Assembly (NCBI RefSeq): GCF_000039765.1
Contig: NC_004460.2
Coordinates: 630,001 to 662,000, forward strand
Direction: 5' to 3'
Source of the DNA: Vibrio vulnificus CMCP6
GTDB lineage: Bacteria; Pseudomonadota; Gammaproteobacteria; Enterobacterales; Vibrionaceae
DNA: 32,000 bases
Made by a program: the position numbers and the translations under genes. The notes beneath the pieces were generated by a model that saw nothing but the letters and a program-made list of their open reading frames with translations, was not told where the DNA came from and made no database searches. Each line of letters opens with the position of its first letter. Position 1 is the stretch's first letter. This document shows, piece after piece, positions 24,296 through 32,000 of this stretch.

Positions 24296-25246
24296 ATGCG
24301 AAACCGACTGATCTGCGTATGGGCTCTACTTGCCCTCACCGCTTGTACGACCGAATCCACGCCTCAAGCACTTGGTACACTTGAGCGTGACCGCGTCACC
24401 TTTACCACCACCGCCAATGAGATCATTCGAGAGCTTCCCGTCAAGGAAGGTCAGATGGTTTCGCAAGGCGATGTGCTGGTTAAGCTCGATAGCAAAAATC
24501 AACAAGCCGTCTTAGCCCGCGCCCTCGCTGAACAAAGCAAAGCGCAAGCCTATCTACTCAAACTCACTAACGGTGAACGACCAGAGGACATTGCTTCAGC
24601 ACAAGCTCGCGTTGCCCGCGCCGAAGCGCAGTTAATCGAAGCGCAGAAAACCTTCAAACGTAAATCGGAACTGGTGGCGAAAAAGCTCATCAGTCAGTCA
24701 GAAAAAGACACCGCTCTCGCACAGCGAGATTCGGCAAGAGCGGAACTGGATTCCGCCAATGAGGAGTTCAGCAAGCTGACCGCTGGCTCACGTCCAGAAG
24801 ACATCGAACAGGCCAAGGCACAACTGGCCGCCACTCAAGCCGATGTGGTCTTACAGCAGCAGAAACTCGACGAACTCACCATCGTCGCGACCCGAGATGG
24901 CATTCTCGACAATCTGCCCTATAACCTAGGGGAGCGCGTGCCTGTCAGTGGCATTGTGGCGGTCATTCAAGCCAATCGCATTCCTTATGCGCGCGTCTAT
25001 GTGCCTGCCACTTATCGAGTGAACTTCGTGCCCGGCAAACAAGTGACGGTCCATGTCGATGGCGTGAGCGATCCTCAGCAAGGCACGGTGCGTTGGGTGG
25101 CGAACGAAGCCTCTTTCACACCCTATTACGCCCTCACCGAGGAAGAGCGTTCACGCTTGATGTATTTAGCGGAAGTGGATCTTACTGAAGCTGCGCGCGC
25201 CCTCCCTTCCGGCGTGCCAGCACAGGTTGATCTCAACGGAGAGTAA
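24296..25246 (+). CDS. HlyD-family membrane-fusion (periplasmic adaptor) protein, lipoprotein-type signal
   Basis: 316 aa. It has a lipobox-like 'LLALTACTT', a long coiled-coil (…AQARVARAEAQLIEAQK…AKAQLAATQADVVLQQQKL…) and a beta-barrel C-terminus. Confidence 0.88.
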   Translation: MRNRLICVWALLALTACTTESTPQALGTLERDRVTFTTTANEIIRELPVKEGQMVSQGDVLVKLDSKNQQAVLARALAEQSKAQAYLLKLTNGERPEDIASAQARVARAEAQLIEAQKTFKRKSELVAKKLISQSEKDTALAQRDSARAELDSANEEFSKLTAGSRPEDIEQAKAQLAATQADVVLQQQKLDELTIVATRDGILDNLPYNLGERVPVSGIVAVIQANRIPYARVYVPATYRVNFVPGKQVTVHVDGVSDPQQGTVRWVANEASFTPYYALTEEERSRLMYLAEVDLTEAARALPSGVPAQVDLNGE

Positions 25247-25249
25247 GCC

Positions 25250-26176
25250 ATGGTTGAATACGCAATTCAGGCGCAAAACGTGGTGAAAAAATTTGGCGAT
25301 TTCACTGCCATCGACAACATCACGCTGAACGTGCCGAAAGGCAGCATCTACGGCTTTCTTGGCCCAAATGGTTGTGGAAAATCGACCACCATCCGTGTTC
25401 TCACCGGGCTACTCAGCCCGAGCGAAGGCAACGTTGATGTGCTCGGTTTGGAGATTCCCAAGGAATCAGAAAAACTCCGCTTGAAGATCGGCTACATGAC
25501 GCAAAAGTTCTCTCTTTATGATGACCTCACTGTGGAAGAAAACTTGCAGTTCATTGGCCAGATTTTTGGTATGGACAAGAAAACCCTAACTCAGCGGATC
25601 AATGAGCAGCTCGCCACTTATGGCTTGGATCAACGCCGCAAGCAACGGGTTTCAGGCATGAGTGGCGGCCAAAAGCAGCGCCTTTCTTTGGCCGCAGCGA
25701 CCATGCATAAACCCGAGCTGCTGTTTCTTGACGAGCCCACCTCGGCGGTTGACCCCGAAAACCGCCGCGAGTTCTGGGAGCAGTTGTTCGATCTTTGTGA
25801 CCAAGGCACCACCATCTTGGTGACCACACACTATATGGATGAAGCGGAACGCTGCCACCGACTTGCCATTATGGAAGCAGGTTTGATTCGCGCAGATGGA
25901 GCCCCTGAAGAGCTCATGGCGCAAATGGGCGTTAACATTGTTGAGGTCAAAGCGGACAACTTACGTTCGTTAAAAGAGCAGTTATTGCCTTTGGCAGAAG
26001 TGCGTTCTGCAGCGCAATTAGGCATTCGCTTACGCGTCTTGATCGATCAACGCGTGGCAGACCCAATAGCGTGGCTAAGAGCCACGTTTCCTCGTTTACA
26101 AAACGCGGAAATGAATCTTGCCAGACCAAGTTTGGAAGATGTGTTTGTGTCCGTAACAGGAGAAGGCCGCCAATGA
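25250..26176 (+). CDS. ABC transporter ATP-binding protein (ABC-2/DrrA-like)
   Basis: 308 aa with Walker A GPNGCGKST, signature MSGGQKQRLS, Walker B LLFLDEPTSAVD and H-loop TTHYMDE. It starts 4 nt after the HlyD stop. Confidence 0.93.
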   Translation: MVEYAIQAQNVVKKFGDFTAIDNITLNVPKGSIYGFLGPNGCGKSTTIRVLTGLLSPSEGNVDVLGLEIPKESEKLRLKIGYMTQKFSLYDDLTVEENLQFIGQIFGMDKKTLTQRINEQLATYGLDQRRKQRVSGMSGGQKQRLSLAAATMHKPELLFLDEPTSAVDPENRREFWEQLFDLCDQGTTILVTTHYMDEAERCHRLAIMEAGLIRADGAPEELMAQMGVNIVEVKADNLRSLKEQLLPLAEVRSAAQLGIRLRVLIDQRVADPIAWLRATFPRLQNAEMNLARPSLEDVFVSVTGEGRQ

Positions 26177-27270
26177 ATGCGCTCTATCGAATGAAAGCGA
26201 TTATGGTCAAAGAATTTCGCCAACTCTCGCGCGATCGTATTACCTTTGGAATGGTGGTGATGATTCCCCTGATCCAACTGCTATTGTTTGGCTATGCGAT
26301 TAATACCGACATTCGCGACATTCCTGTCGCGGTGGTGGATCAAAGCGAAAGTACTGCAGGGCGTATTCTTACCGAGTCGGTCAAAGTCACGCAAGTGGTC
26401 AGTGTGACTCAACGCTACGCCACCGCAGAAGAAGCCGAGCAAGCGATTCAAGATGGCATCGTACGTGCGGCGTTGATTTTGCCGAATGATTTAACGCAAC
26501 GCATGGCGCAAGGCCGACCGTTAGGTCAATGGATTGTCGATGGTTCAGATACCATGATCAGCGCGGCGATTCTTGGCTTACAAACGATGCCGCTGACAGA
26601 TTTTGATTTTCAGATCCGCCCGAAACTAACACAAACCTTTGAAGTGGCGCTCTACTACAACCCAAGCCGTCGCTCAGCAGTAAACATTGTTCCCGGGCTA
26701 CTTGGGGTCATTCTCACCATGACGATGATTTTGTTCACCAGCGCCGCCATTGTGCGTGAGCGAGAACGCGGAAACTTGGAACTGCTGATCACAACGCCGG
26801 TGCGTTCGTTTGAACTGATGGTGGCAAAGATCGTCCCTTACATATTTGTCGGTTTGATTCAGGTGTTCATCATCTTAGGGCTTGGACACGTTATTTTTGG
26901 CGTTCCTATCAATGGTTCCGTTGCGCAAATATTGTTGGGTACCTTGTTGTTTATTGCCGCGAGTCTTACCTTGGGGCTGGTGATTTCCACCATCGCCAAC
27001 ACACAGTTGCAAGCCATGCAAATGACGGTTTTCATCTTGCTGCCTTCCATCCTACTTTCGGGTTTCATGTTCCCCTACGAGGGCATGCCCGTGGCGGCCC
27101 AATGGATTGCAGAAGTGCTCCCCGCCACTCACTTCATGCGGATGATTCGCGGCATTGTCTTGCGAGGCGCTGATTTGTTCGACCTGTGGCGTGACACTTT
27201 ATGGATGATTGGCTTTACCCTGCTTGGGCTGATCATTGCCTCGACACGCTTCAAGAAATCGTTGGATTAA
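26173..27270 (+). CDS. ABC-2 type transporter permease
   Basis: I place the start at the ATG at 26173 (MNALYRMKAIMVKEFRQLSRDR…), which overlaps the ABC stop as ATGA. The tracked 26071 start would overlap the ATPase gene by 100 nt with a non-membrane-like extension. Six TM helices lie in the C-terminal half. Confidence 0.88.
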   Translation: MNALYRMKAIMVKEFRQLSRDRITFGMVVMIPLIQLLLFGYAINTDIRDIPVAVVDQSESTAGRILTESVKVTQVVSVTQRYATAEEAEQAIQDGIVRAALILPNDLTQRMAQGRPLGQWIVDGSDTMISAAILGLQTMPLTDFDFQIRPKLTQTFEVALYYNPSRRSAVNIVPGLLGVILTMTMILFTSAAIVRERERGNLELLITTPVRSFELMVAKIVPYIFVGLIQVFIILGLGHVIFGVPINGSVAQILLGTLLFIAASLTLGLVISTIANTQLQAMQMTVFILLPSILLSGFMFPYEGMPVAAQWIAEVLPATHFMRMIRGIVLRGADLFDLWRDTLWMIGFTLLGLIIASTRFKKSLD

Positions 27271-27350
27271 TACGCGACATGGTGTTCAATTGTCACGAGG
27301 GGCGCTCGTTCCCCTCGTTCTAACGACCGCGACCAACAACAAGGATTACC

Positions 27351-28292
27351 ATGAAAATTGCAATGATTGGCTTAGGGGATATTGCGCAGAAAGCGTATTT
27401 GCCCGTGATCACTCAAATGGCGGATATCGAGCCGGTGCTCTGCACACGCGATGGCGCGCTGCTTGAACAATTGGCCAAACAATACCGAATTGCGGAATAT
27501 TGTAGTGATTACCGTCAGCTCACCAAAATGGGCATTGATGCGGTAATGATTCACGCGGCTACCAGCGTGCACGCCGACATTGCAGGCTATTTTCTTAAGC
27601 AGGGCATCCCAACGTTTGTCGACAAGCCACTGGCAGACAACGCTCACGATGTTGAAACGCTGTATGAAATCGCTCATCAGCACGGTCAGCCTCTGTATGT
27701 CGGGTTTAACCGTCGTCATATTCCACTCTTCAATCAAACCATCCCTGAACTCGACACCACAAATAGAGTAGGCAAGGGATTTGAGGCGCTGCGTTCGCTG
27801 CGCTGGGAAAAACATCGCCTCGATCTTCCAGGTGAGCTGCGTACTTTTCTGTTTGATGATTTCATCCACCCTCTCGACAGCGTGAATCTCAGTCGCCAAG
27901 CCGATCTGCAAGATGTTTACCTAACCTACCAAATGGCGGGCACTCAACTCGCACGAGTGGATGTGCAATGGCAAGCTGGAGAAACCTTGTTACACGCGTC
28001 GATGAACCGTCAGTTTGGCGTCACCACAGAACGTGTGGCGGCTAGCTACCAAAACCGCGCCGTTGAATTTGACTCATTTTGTGAAGGCCACCTTTGGCAG
28101 CAAGGCCAGCAAACCAAATTGGCGTTAAAAGATTGGACACCAATGCTCACCAGTAAAGGCTTTACACCGATGCTTGGAGATTGGGTCAAGGTGGTGGAAC
28201 GTGGTCAACTGGCCAGTGAGATTGTGGAACGGAATATCGCTAGCCATCAATTGGCAGAGGCGATCTACCAAAAGATCGCCAAAGCGTTGTAA
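27351..28292 (+). CDS. Gfo/Idh/MocA-family NAD(P)-dependent oxidoreductase
   Basis: 313 aa with an N-terminal Rossmann 'MKIAMIGLGDIAQKAYLPVI' and 'VDKPLA' plus 'VGFNRRH' motifs. Confidence 0.85.
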   Translation: MKIAMIGLGDIAQKAYLPVITQMADIEPVLCTRDGALLEQLAKQYRIAEYCSDYRQLTKMGIDAVMIHAATSVHADIAGYFLKQGIPTFVDKPLADNAHDVETLYEIAHQHGQPLYVGFNRRHIPLFNQTIPELDTTNRVGKGFEALRSLRWEKHRLDLPGELRTFLFDDFIHPLDSVNLSRQADLQDVYLTYQMAGTQLARVDVQWQAGETLLHASMNRQFGVTTERVAASYQNRAVEFDSFCEGHLWQQGQQTKLALKDWTPMLTSKGFTPMLGDWVKVVERGQLASEIVERNIASHQLAEAIYQKIAKAL

Positions 28293-28372
28293 CACGCGTA
28301 CACGCTAAAGTCTGCTGACCCTATGAATCTGCGGCGATCGTATCGCCGCCTTAACGTGCGGAAATCTCGCCT

Positions 28373-29002
28373 TTACTTACCGTGCTCTTCACTCACCGCA
28401 TAATGACTTAAAAACAGTGCTGCGGTGTTTTTTGCCAGTGCTTCTCCTTGCTCAGCCGTGAGCGGTTCGGCGCTGCCAATAAGCTGCGGCCAAAAGGCGC
28501 TGCCTTTGATCAAACTGTGAAGCTGGGTTCGAGCGAGTTCCACGCTCTCTAGCTTCAAACGACCTTTTTTATCTTGCTCTGCTAGCCACGTGTAGAGTGC
28601 GGTGTCTTGTTTTGACATGCTGCTGGTTTGCGCTTTCAGCTCTTCTGGCTTAAACAAGAAATGGCCTAATGCCACCTTCGCCATATCCAAATAACTGGGC
28701 TGAGCAATCACATTGATTTCTTGGCACAGCAAACTCACCAGTTGTTCCTGCAAAGGTCGTTTACTGAGCGCAACCAACTCATCCTCCGTGATCGTGCTCT
28801 TCCATAAAACGGATAGCAGCTCCATCACCAAGGCTTCTTTTGAGGAAAAATGGTTATAAACGGTTCGTTTCGACACCCCTGCTAACGCAGCCAGTTTATC
28901 CATACTGGTGTTTTGTACACCAAATTCCAAAAACGCTTGTTTAGCCGCCGTGAGTATCGCCTCTCGCTTTTCTTCACTTCGCGTCTTTTTCTTTTCAATC
29001 AT
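28373..29002 (-). CDS. TetR/AcrR-family transcriptional repressor
   Basis: 209 aa with the N-terminal HTH 'REAILTAAKQAFLEFGVQNTSMDKLAALAGVSKRTVYNHFSSKEAL'. Confidence 0.92.
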   Translation of the reverse strand: MIEKKKTRSEEKREAILTAAKQAFLEFGVQNTSMDKLAALAGVSKRTVYNHFSSKEALVMELLSVLWKSTITEDELVALSKRPLQEQLVSLLCQEINVIAQPSYLDMAKVALGHFLFKPEELKAQTSSMSKQDTALYTWLAEQDKKGRLKLESVELARTQLHSLIKGSAFWPQLIGSAEPLTAEQGEALAKNTAALFLSHYAVSEEHGK

Positions 29003-29029
29003 GGTGTTACTGCTCAGGTTGTCGAAAGA

Positions 29030-29099
29030 TGTGATTATTTTACACCAAGTAGTTTACTTTTCACGCCCAAAATGTAAACTACACCGAGTAGTTTACATT
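29030..29099. promoter_or_regulatory. TetR operator pair in the divergent promoter region
   Basis: A perfect dyad aatgtaaactac-accga-gtagtttacatt spans 29071-29099 with 12-bp arms. A second, imperfect copy carries a 15/16-identical half (acaccaagtagtttac, 29042-29057). Confidence 0.7.
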
Positions 29100-29140
29100 A
29101 AATCACTCTCTTTTGTGGTGAGAAGGACGATGAAAACACA

Positions 29141-30214
29141 ATGAACAAACGACTTATCAAAATCACTTTTTTGACTGTGTTAGGAGCTATTGCCATGAGT
29201 TCGATCTTCACCGCCTGCTCGACTGCTGAGGCAGAGAAATCCCTTTATCCAAAGACATTTCGTAATAGTGACCCCAATTTCAATGGCGGTTCTGACCTCT
29301 TTGAAATCGTCAAAGCGTACTTCACGACGAAACGAGCTTTACCGAAACCCACATTTGCACTGCCAGTGCATAGCATCACGACGGAACAGTTGCTTGAGGA
29401 GCAGCAAGATGTGCTCTATCGTCTTGGTCACTCAAGTGTGCTGATGAAGTTGGACGGTCAATTGGTAATGACGGATCCGGTATTCAGTAAACGCGCCTCA
29501 CCTGTACAGTTTTTTGGCCCTGCCCGCTTTCACCCAACTCCAATTGAGCTCGATGGGCTGCCAAACATCGATGTGGTTCTCATTAGTCATGACCACTATG
29601 ATCATCTCGACAAAAACACGGTCAAAACCCTGGCGAGCAAAGTGGGCGTTTTTCTTGTGCCATTGAAAGTGGGCGTGATCTTGCAAGAATGGGGCGTGGA
29701 CAAGCACAAAATCGTTGAGTTTAATTGGTGGGAAAGCCACGTAGTCAACGGAACTGAGTACGTGTTCACGCCTACCCAGCACTTTTCAGGCCGAGGATTA
29801 ACCGACAGTAACAGCACCTTGTGGGGAAGTTGGGTCATTCGTGGCCGTGAGAAAAACCTCTTCTTCAGTGGTGACTCTGGCTACTTTGATGGGTTCAAAA
29901 CCATTGGGGAAAAATACGGCCCGTTCGACCTCACCATGATCGAAACTGGCGCGTACAACAGTTTGTGGTCGAACATTCACATGTTCCCTGAAGAGAGCGT
30001 TCAAGCGCATCTTGATTTGCAAGGCCAGAAAATGATGCCGATTCACAACAGTACCTTTGATTTAGCAATGCACGATTGGCATGAACCGATGGAAAAAGCG
30101 CGACAGATCAGCGAAGAAAAAGGCGTGACGATGATCAGCCCAGAGATTGGTCAGCGCCTTGTGCTTAATGAAGAATCACCACTCAAACCCTGGTGGTTAG
30201 AAGATAACGGCTAA
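29141..30214 (+). CDS. MBL-fold metallo-hydrolase lipoprotein (NAPE-PLD-like / Zn-dependent hydrolase family)
   Basis: 357 aa. It has a signal peptide with Cys in 'SSIFTACST', the metal motif 'LISHDHYDHLD' (HxHxDH), and later 'HF…G' and 'SGDSGY' motifs. Confidence 0.82.
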   Translation: MNKRLIKITFLTVLGAIAMSSIFTACSTAEAEKSLYPKTFRNSDPNFNGGSDLFEIVKAYFTTKRALPKPTFALPVHSITTEQLLEEQQDVLYRLGHSSVLMKLDGQLVMTDPVFSKRASPVQFFGPARFHPTPIELDGLPNIDVVLISHDHYDHLDKNTVKTLASKVGVFLVPLKVGVILQEWGVDKHKIVEFNWWESHVVNGTEYVFTPTQHFSGRGLTDSNSTLWGSWVIRGREKNLFFSGDSGYFDGFKTIGEKYGPFDLTMIETGAYNSLWSNIHMFPEESVQAHLDLQGQKMMPIHNSTFDLAMHDWHEPMEKARQISEEKGVTMISPEIGQRLVLNEESPLKPWWLEDNG

Positions 30215-30337
30215 AGCCACACATGGAGGATGCAGGCACACGCGACCAAAGTGACTGCATCGCACCTTAGCCAGCATGCCAAGCGTAAGCAGGGAGTGCT
30301 AGGCGTACCAAGCCTCTCTGAAACGCCTTGTATGCCA

Positions 30338-30826
30338 TTATTCTTCAGTAACTTTTTCAAATAAGCCTAATACATCAAAAGGCTTTGAAAAAAAGTCATT
30401 CGACAAAATAAACGCTTTGGATTCTTGGTCTAGTGATTCAAAGTTGACTTTTTGAGAATGGTCTACACTAAACGTCAATTTTTCAGTTGATTTTATTAGA
30501 TTGATTGTTGTTTCTCTAGAAGAGTTGCTTTTCACATAAAGCAGTACATAGGCCAAATTTTTCTTTTGCTCCAACGTGCATTTTTCCATCGCCAAATAAT
30601 TTACGTAGGGCAATATTGAAAAGAAAGAATCCGATTTATCTTTTAAGTATGAAATCGTACTTTCACTTGGCTTGTTTTCTAACGCTATTTTTCTACAATG
30701 CTCAATTTTTTCACCTAAGGTTGAAATTGATAAATTCAAGTCAGAATACATTTGATCTTCTATATCCGCTTTTGCAAAAAACGGCAAAAACATCAATAAA
30801 AAACCCAAAAACAAAACATTCCTCAT
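30338..30826 (-). CDS. Hypothetical exported protein, 162 aa, in an AT-rich islet
   Basis: It has a signal peptide MRNVLFLGFLLMFLPFFAKA. The mature part is Lys/Ser/Glu-rich and predicted helical. Composition is visibly AT-richer than the neighbours, and I recognise no motif. Confidence 0.65.
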   Translation of the reverse strand: MRNVLFLGFLLMFLPFFAKADIEDQMYSDLNLSISTLGEKIEHCRKIALENKPSESTISYLKDKSDSFFSILPYVNYLAMEKCTLEQKKNLAYVLLYVKSNSSRETTINLIKSTEKLTFSVDHSQKVNFESLDQESKAFILSNDFFSKPFDVLGLFEKVTEE

Positions 30827-31298
30827 AGTTTACACCCATCAGAAATAGCTTTCCAAAATCTGTATTGCTTCCTATCAGAAGTGTGAATTACTGCTTGATA
30901 AGTCGCTATATCATATATTTGATTTAACTTAATCGTTTCAAGTTCACGGTTCGATTTTGTTTATTTATTCTTATACATCACAGTTCGAAACACAGATATT
31001 TTTCTGATATAAACTGAACCACTTACATCTTAAATAAACTCACATCAAATACTTTGAATATAAAAATACCACATTGCTATCTAATTAATAGATTTCATTA
31101 ATGATAAATTATATTCAAGATCTCACATCGAAAACTATAACTACAACAGCTGGACACTTTTCCATTTAATATATCCTCTATAAATTTTGAGGATAATATG
31201 TTACTACACTTTAAGGGTGATTATTTGTTAATAAATGCGAATGCGATCGTAAATGCACTTTATTGCATAAATTGCACCTCAACCACCGATAACCTGAC

Positions 31299-31333
31299 CA
31301 ACAAGCCACACAGTGTGGCTTGTTGCGTTTTCT
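31299..31333 (+). terminator. Orphan plus-strand intrinsic terminator
   Basis: caacaagccac (31299-31309) pairs with gtggcttgttg (31315-31325), followed by cgttttct. There is no plus-strand ORF in the preceding ~1 kb. Confidence 0.6.
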
Positions 31334-31349
31334 GCACGCAACAAATCGT

Positions 31350-31404
31350 TGACTTACTTTGACAATCAAACTAAATTGATTTTCAAATATTTTGACTATC
31401 AAAC
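31350..31404 (+). promoter_or_regulatory. Predicted sigma70 promoter of the CDF gene with two repeated dyad boxes
   Basis: TTGACT (31350-31355) is separated by 17 nt from TAAATT (31373-31378). TTTGACAATCAAAC (31359-31372, inside the spacer) is repeated as TTTGACTATCAAAC (31391-31404). Each contains TTTGA-N3-TCAAA. Confidence 0.5.
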
Positions 31405-31420
31405 AAATGGATTTTCTTTT

Positions 31421-32000
31421 ATGTCTGCTTGCTCTCAAAGCCACCGATTTACCACACACAATCAACAGGGTGAAAAACGCACTTTTTACGTTCTTTTACT
31501 CACCCTTTTTACAATGGTGGCGGAAATTGTTGCGGGTACCCTTTACGGCTCCATGGCACTACTGGCTGACGGTTGGCACATGGGGACGCACGCGGCGGCC
31601 TTTTGCATCACCCTCTTTGCGTATCGCTATGCGAAAAAACACGCGCACAGTGCTCGTTTCTCTTTTGGCACGGGGAAAGTCAGCGTGCTTGGTGGTTTTA
31701 CCAGCGCGATTGCTTTAGGAATCGTCGCCTTGCTGATGGTGGTGGAATCGGTTCACCGCCTGTTTAATCCTGAAAGTATTCAATTTAATGAAGCGATCTT
31801 GGTGGCAGTGGTTGGATTATCCGTCAATGTCGCCAGTATGTTCTTGCTGCATGATCACCATCATCACGATCACGGCGATCATCATCATGACCATCACCAC
31901 GAACATGCGCATGAGCACCATCACGACCACAATCTGCGCGCCGCTTATCTTCATGTTTTGGCGGATGCCCTCACTTCAATCTTGGCCATTGCGGCCCTCA
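31421..32000 (+). CDS. Cation diffusion facilitator (CDF) metal exporter, ZitB/CzcD-like, N-terminal part; the 3' end runs off the window
   Basis: Absent from the ORF track because there is no in-window stop. Hand translation gives MSACSQSHRFTTHNQQGEKRTFYVLLLTLFTMVAEIVAGTLYGSMALLADGWHMGTHAAAF…, containing the CDF signature 'SMALLADGWHM'. A His-rich loop HDHHHHDHGDHHHDHHHEHAHEHHHDH follows, then 'AAYLHVLADALTS'. Confidence 0.88.
   Translation, partial: MSACSQSHRFTTHNQQGEKRTFYVLLLTLFTMVAEIVAGTLYGSMALLADGWHMGTHAAAFCITLFAYRYAKKHAHSARFSFGTGKVSVLGGFTSAIALGIVALLMVVESVHRLFNPESIQFNEAILVAVVGLSVNVASMFLLHDHHHHDHGDHHHDHHHEHAHEHHHDHNLRAAYLHVLADALTSILAIAAL

Noticed and set aside
25599-26277. Cluster of six minus-strand ORFs (60-90 aa)
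   Set aside because: All are antisense to the ABC ATPase and permease genes, which have canonical Walker and signature motifs.
27372-27911. 179-aa minus-strand ORF
   Set aside because: It is antisense to the Gfo/Idh/MocA gene, which has a clear Rossmann N-terminus, and it carries no motif of its own.
30229-30261. 7-bp stem (gatgcag/ctgcatc) after the MBL gene as a terminator
   Set aside because: It has a 19-nt loop and no T-run, which is too weak to call.
31211-31767. 84-aa (-), 108-aa (+) and 64-aa (+) ORFs around the CDF gene start
   Set aside because: They are out-of-frame or antisense overlaps with the CDF reading frame starting at 31421, which carries the SMALLADGWHM signature and the His-rich loop.
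1-32000. Mobile elements, CRISPR arrays, integron VCR-type repeats, tRNA/rRNA genes and phage or defence-system genes
   Set aside because: I saw no transposase, integrase or Cas-like ORFs, no regularly spaced repeat-spacer array, no VCR-like sequence and no cloverleaf-like segments. The only repeat families are the ERIC-like element and the short motif arrays reported above.

Overview
This window reads like a Vibrio-type gammaproteobacterial accessory region. The family assignment rests on an ERIC-like repeat, OmpU/OmpT-style porins, several c-di-GMP enzymes and chitin-related genes, not on any search. I support 30 protein-coding genes, two of them truncated by the window edges and three absent from the ORF track. 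I saw no rRNA, tRNA, CRISPR array, integron repeat, transposase or integrase.

Gene content, left to right:
- FAH-family gene, 5' part only.
- ohrR-ohr peroxide module with a four-copy operator array.
- Two porins flanking a membrane-anchored TlpA-like thiol reductase.
- ERIC-like palindromic repeat.
- Membrane GGDEF-EAL protein.
- Intergenic region with a near-consensus sigma54 promoter, upstream GCACCAT repeats and an intrinsic terminator about 100 nt downstream. This is a candidate sRNA.
- EamA transporter.
- Two-domain glutaredoxin.
- Unannotated 44-aa basic protein.
- Acidic hypothetical protein.
- MFS exporter with a divergent LysR regulator.
- GAF-GGDEF-EAL protein.
- About 10 kb locus of RidA, lactonase, secreted GH20 hexosaminidase, Na+/solute symporter, RidA and D-aminoacylase, divergent from a D-serine-dehydratase-like PLP enzyme and RpiR.
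- HlyD/ABC/ABC-2 exporter plus a Gfo/Idh/MocA oxidoreductase.
- TetR with a perfect operator, divergent from an MBL-fold lipoprotein.
- AT-rich islet with an orphan secreted protein and an orphan terminator.
- His-rich CDF metal exporter, 5' part only.

The two most interesting items are these. First, the 10 kb locus makes best chemical sense as a pathway for C1-oxidised chitin products, running from GlcNAc-lactone or N-acetyl-D-glucosaminate through D-glucosaminate to KDG. Second, the sigma54-dependent sRNA candidate at about 7063-7163.

All functional calls come from motifs read by eye. No database search was run.
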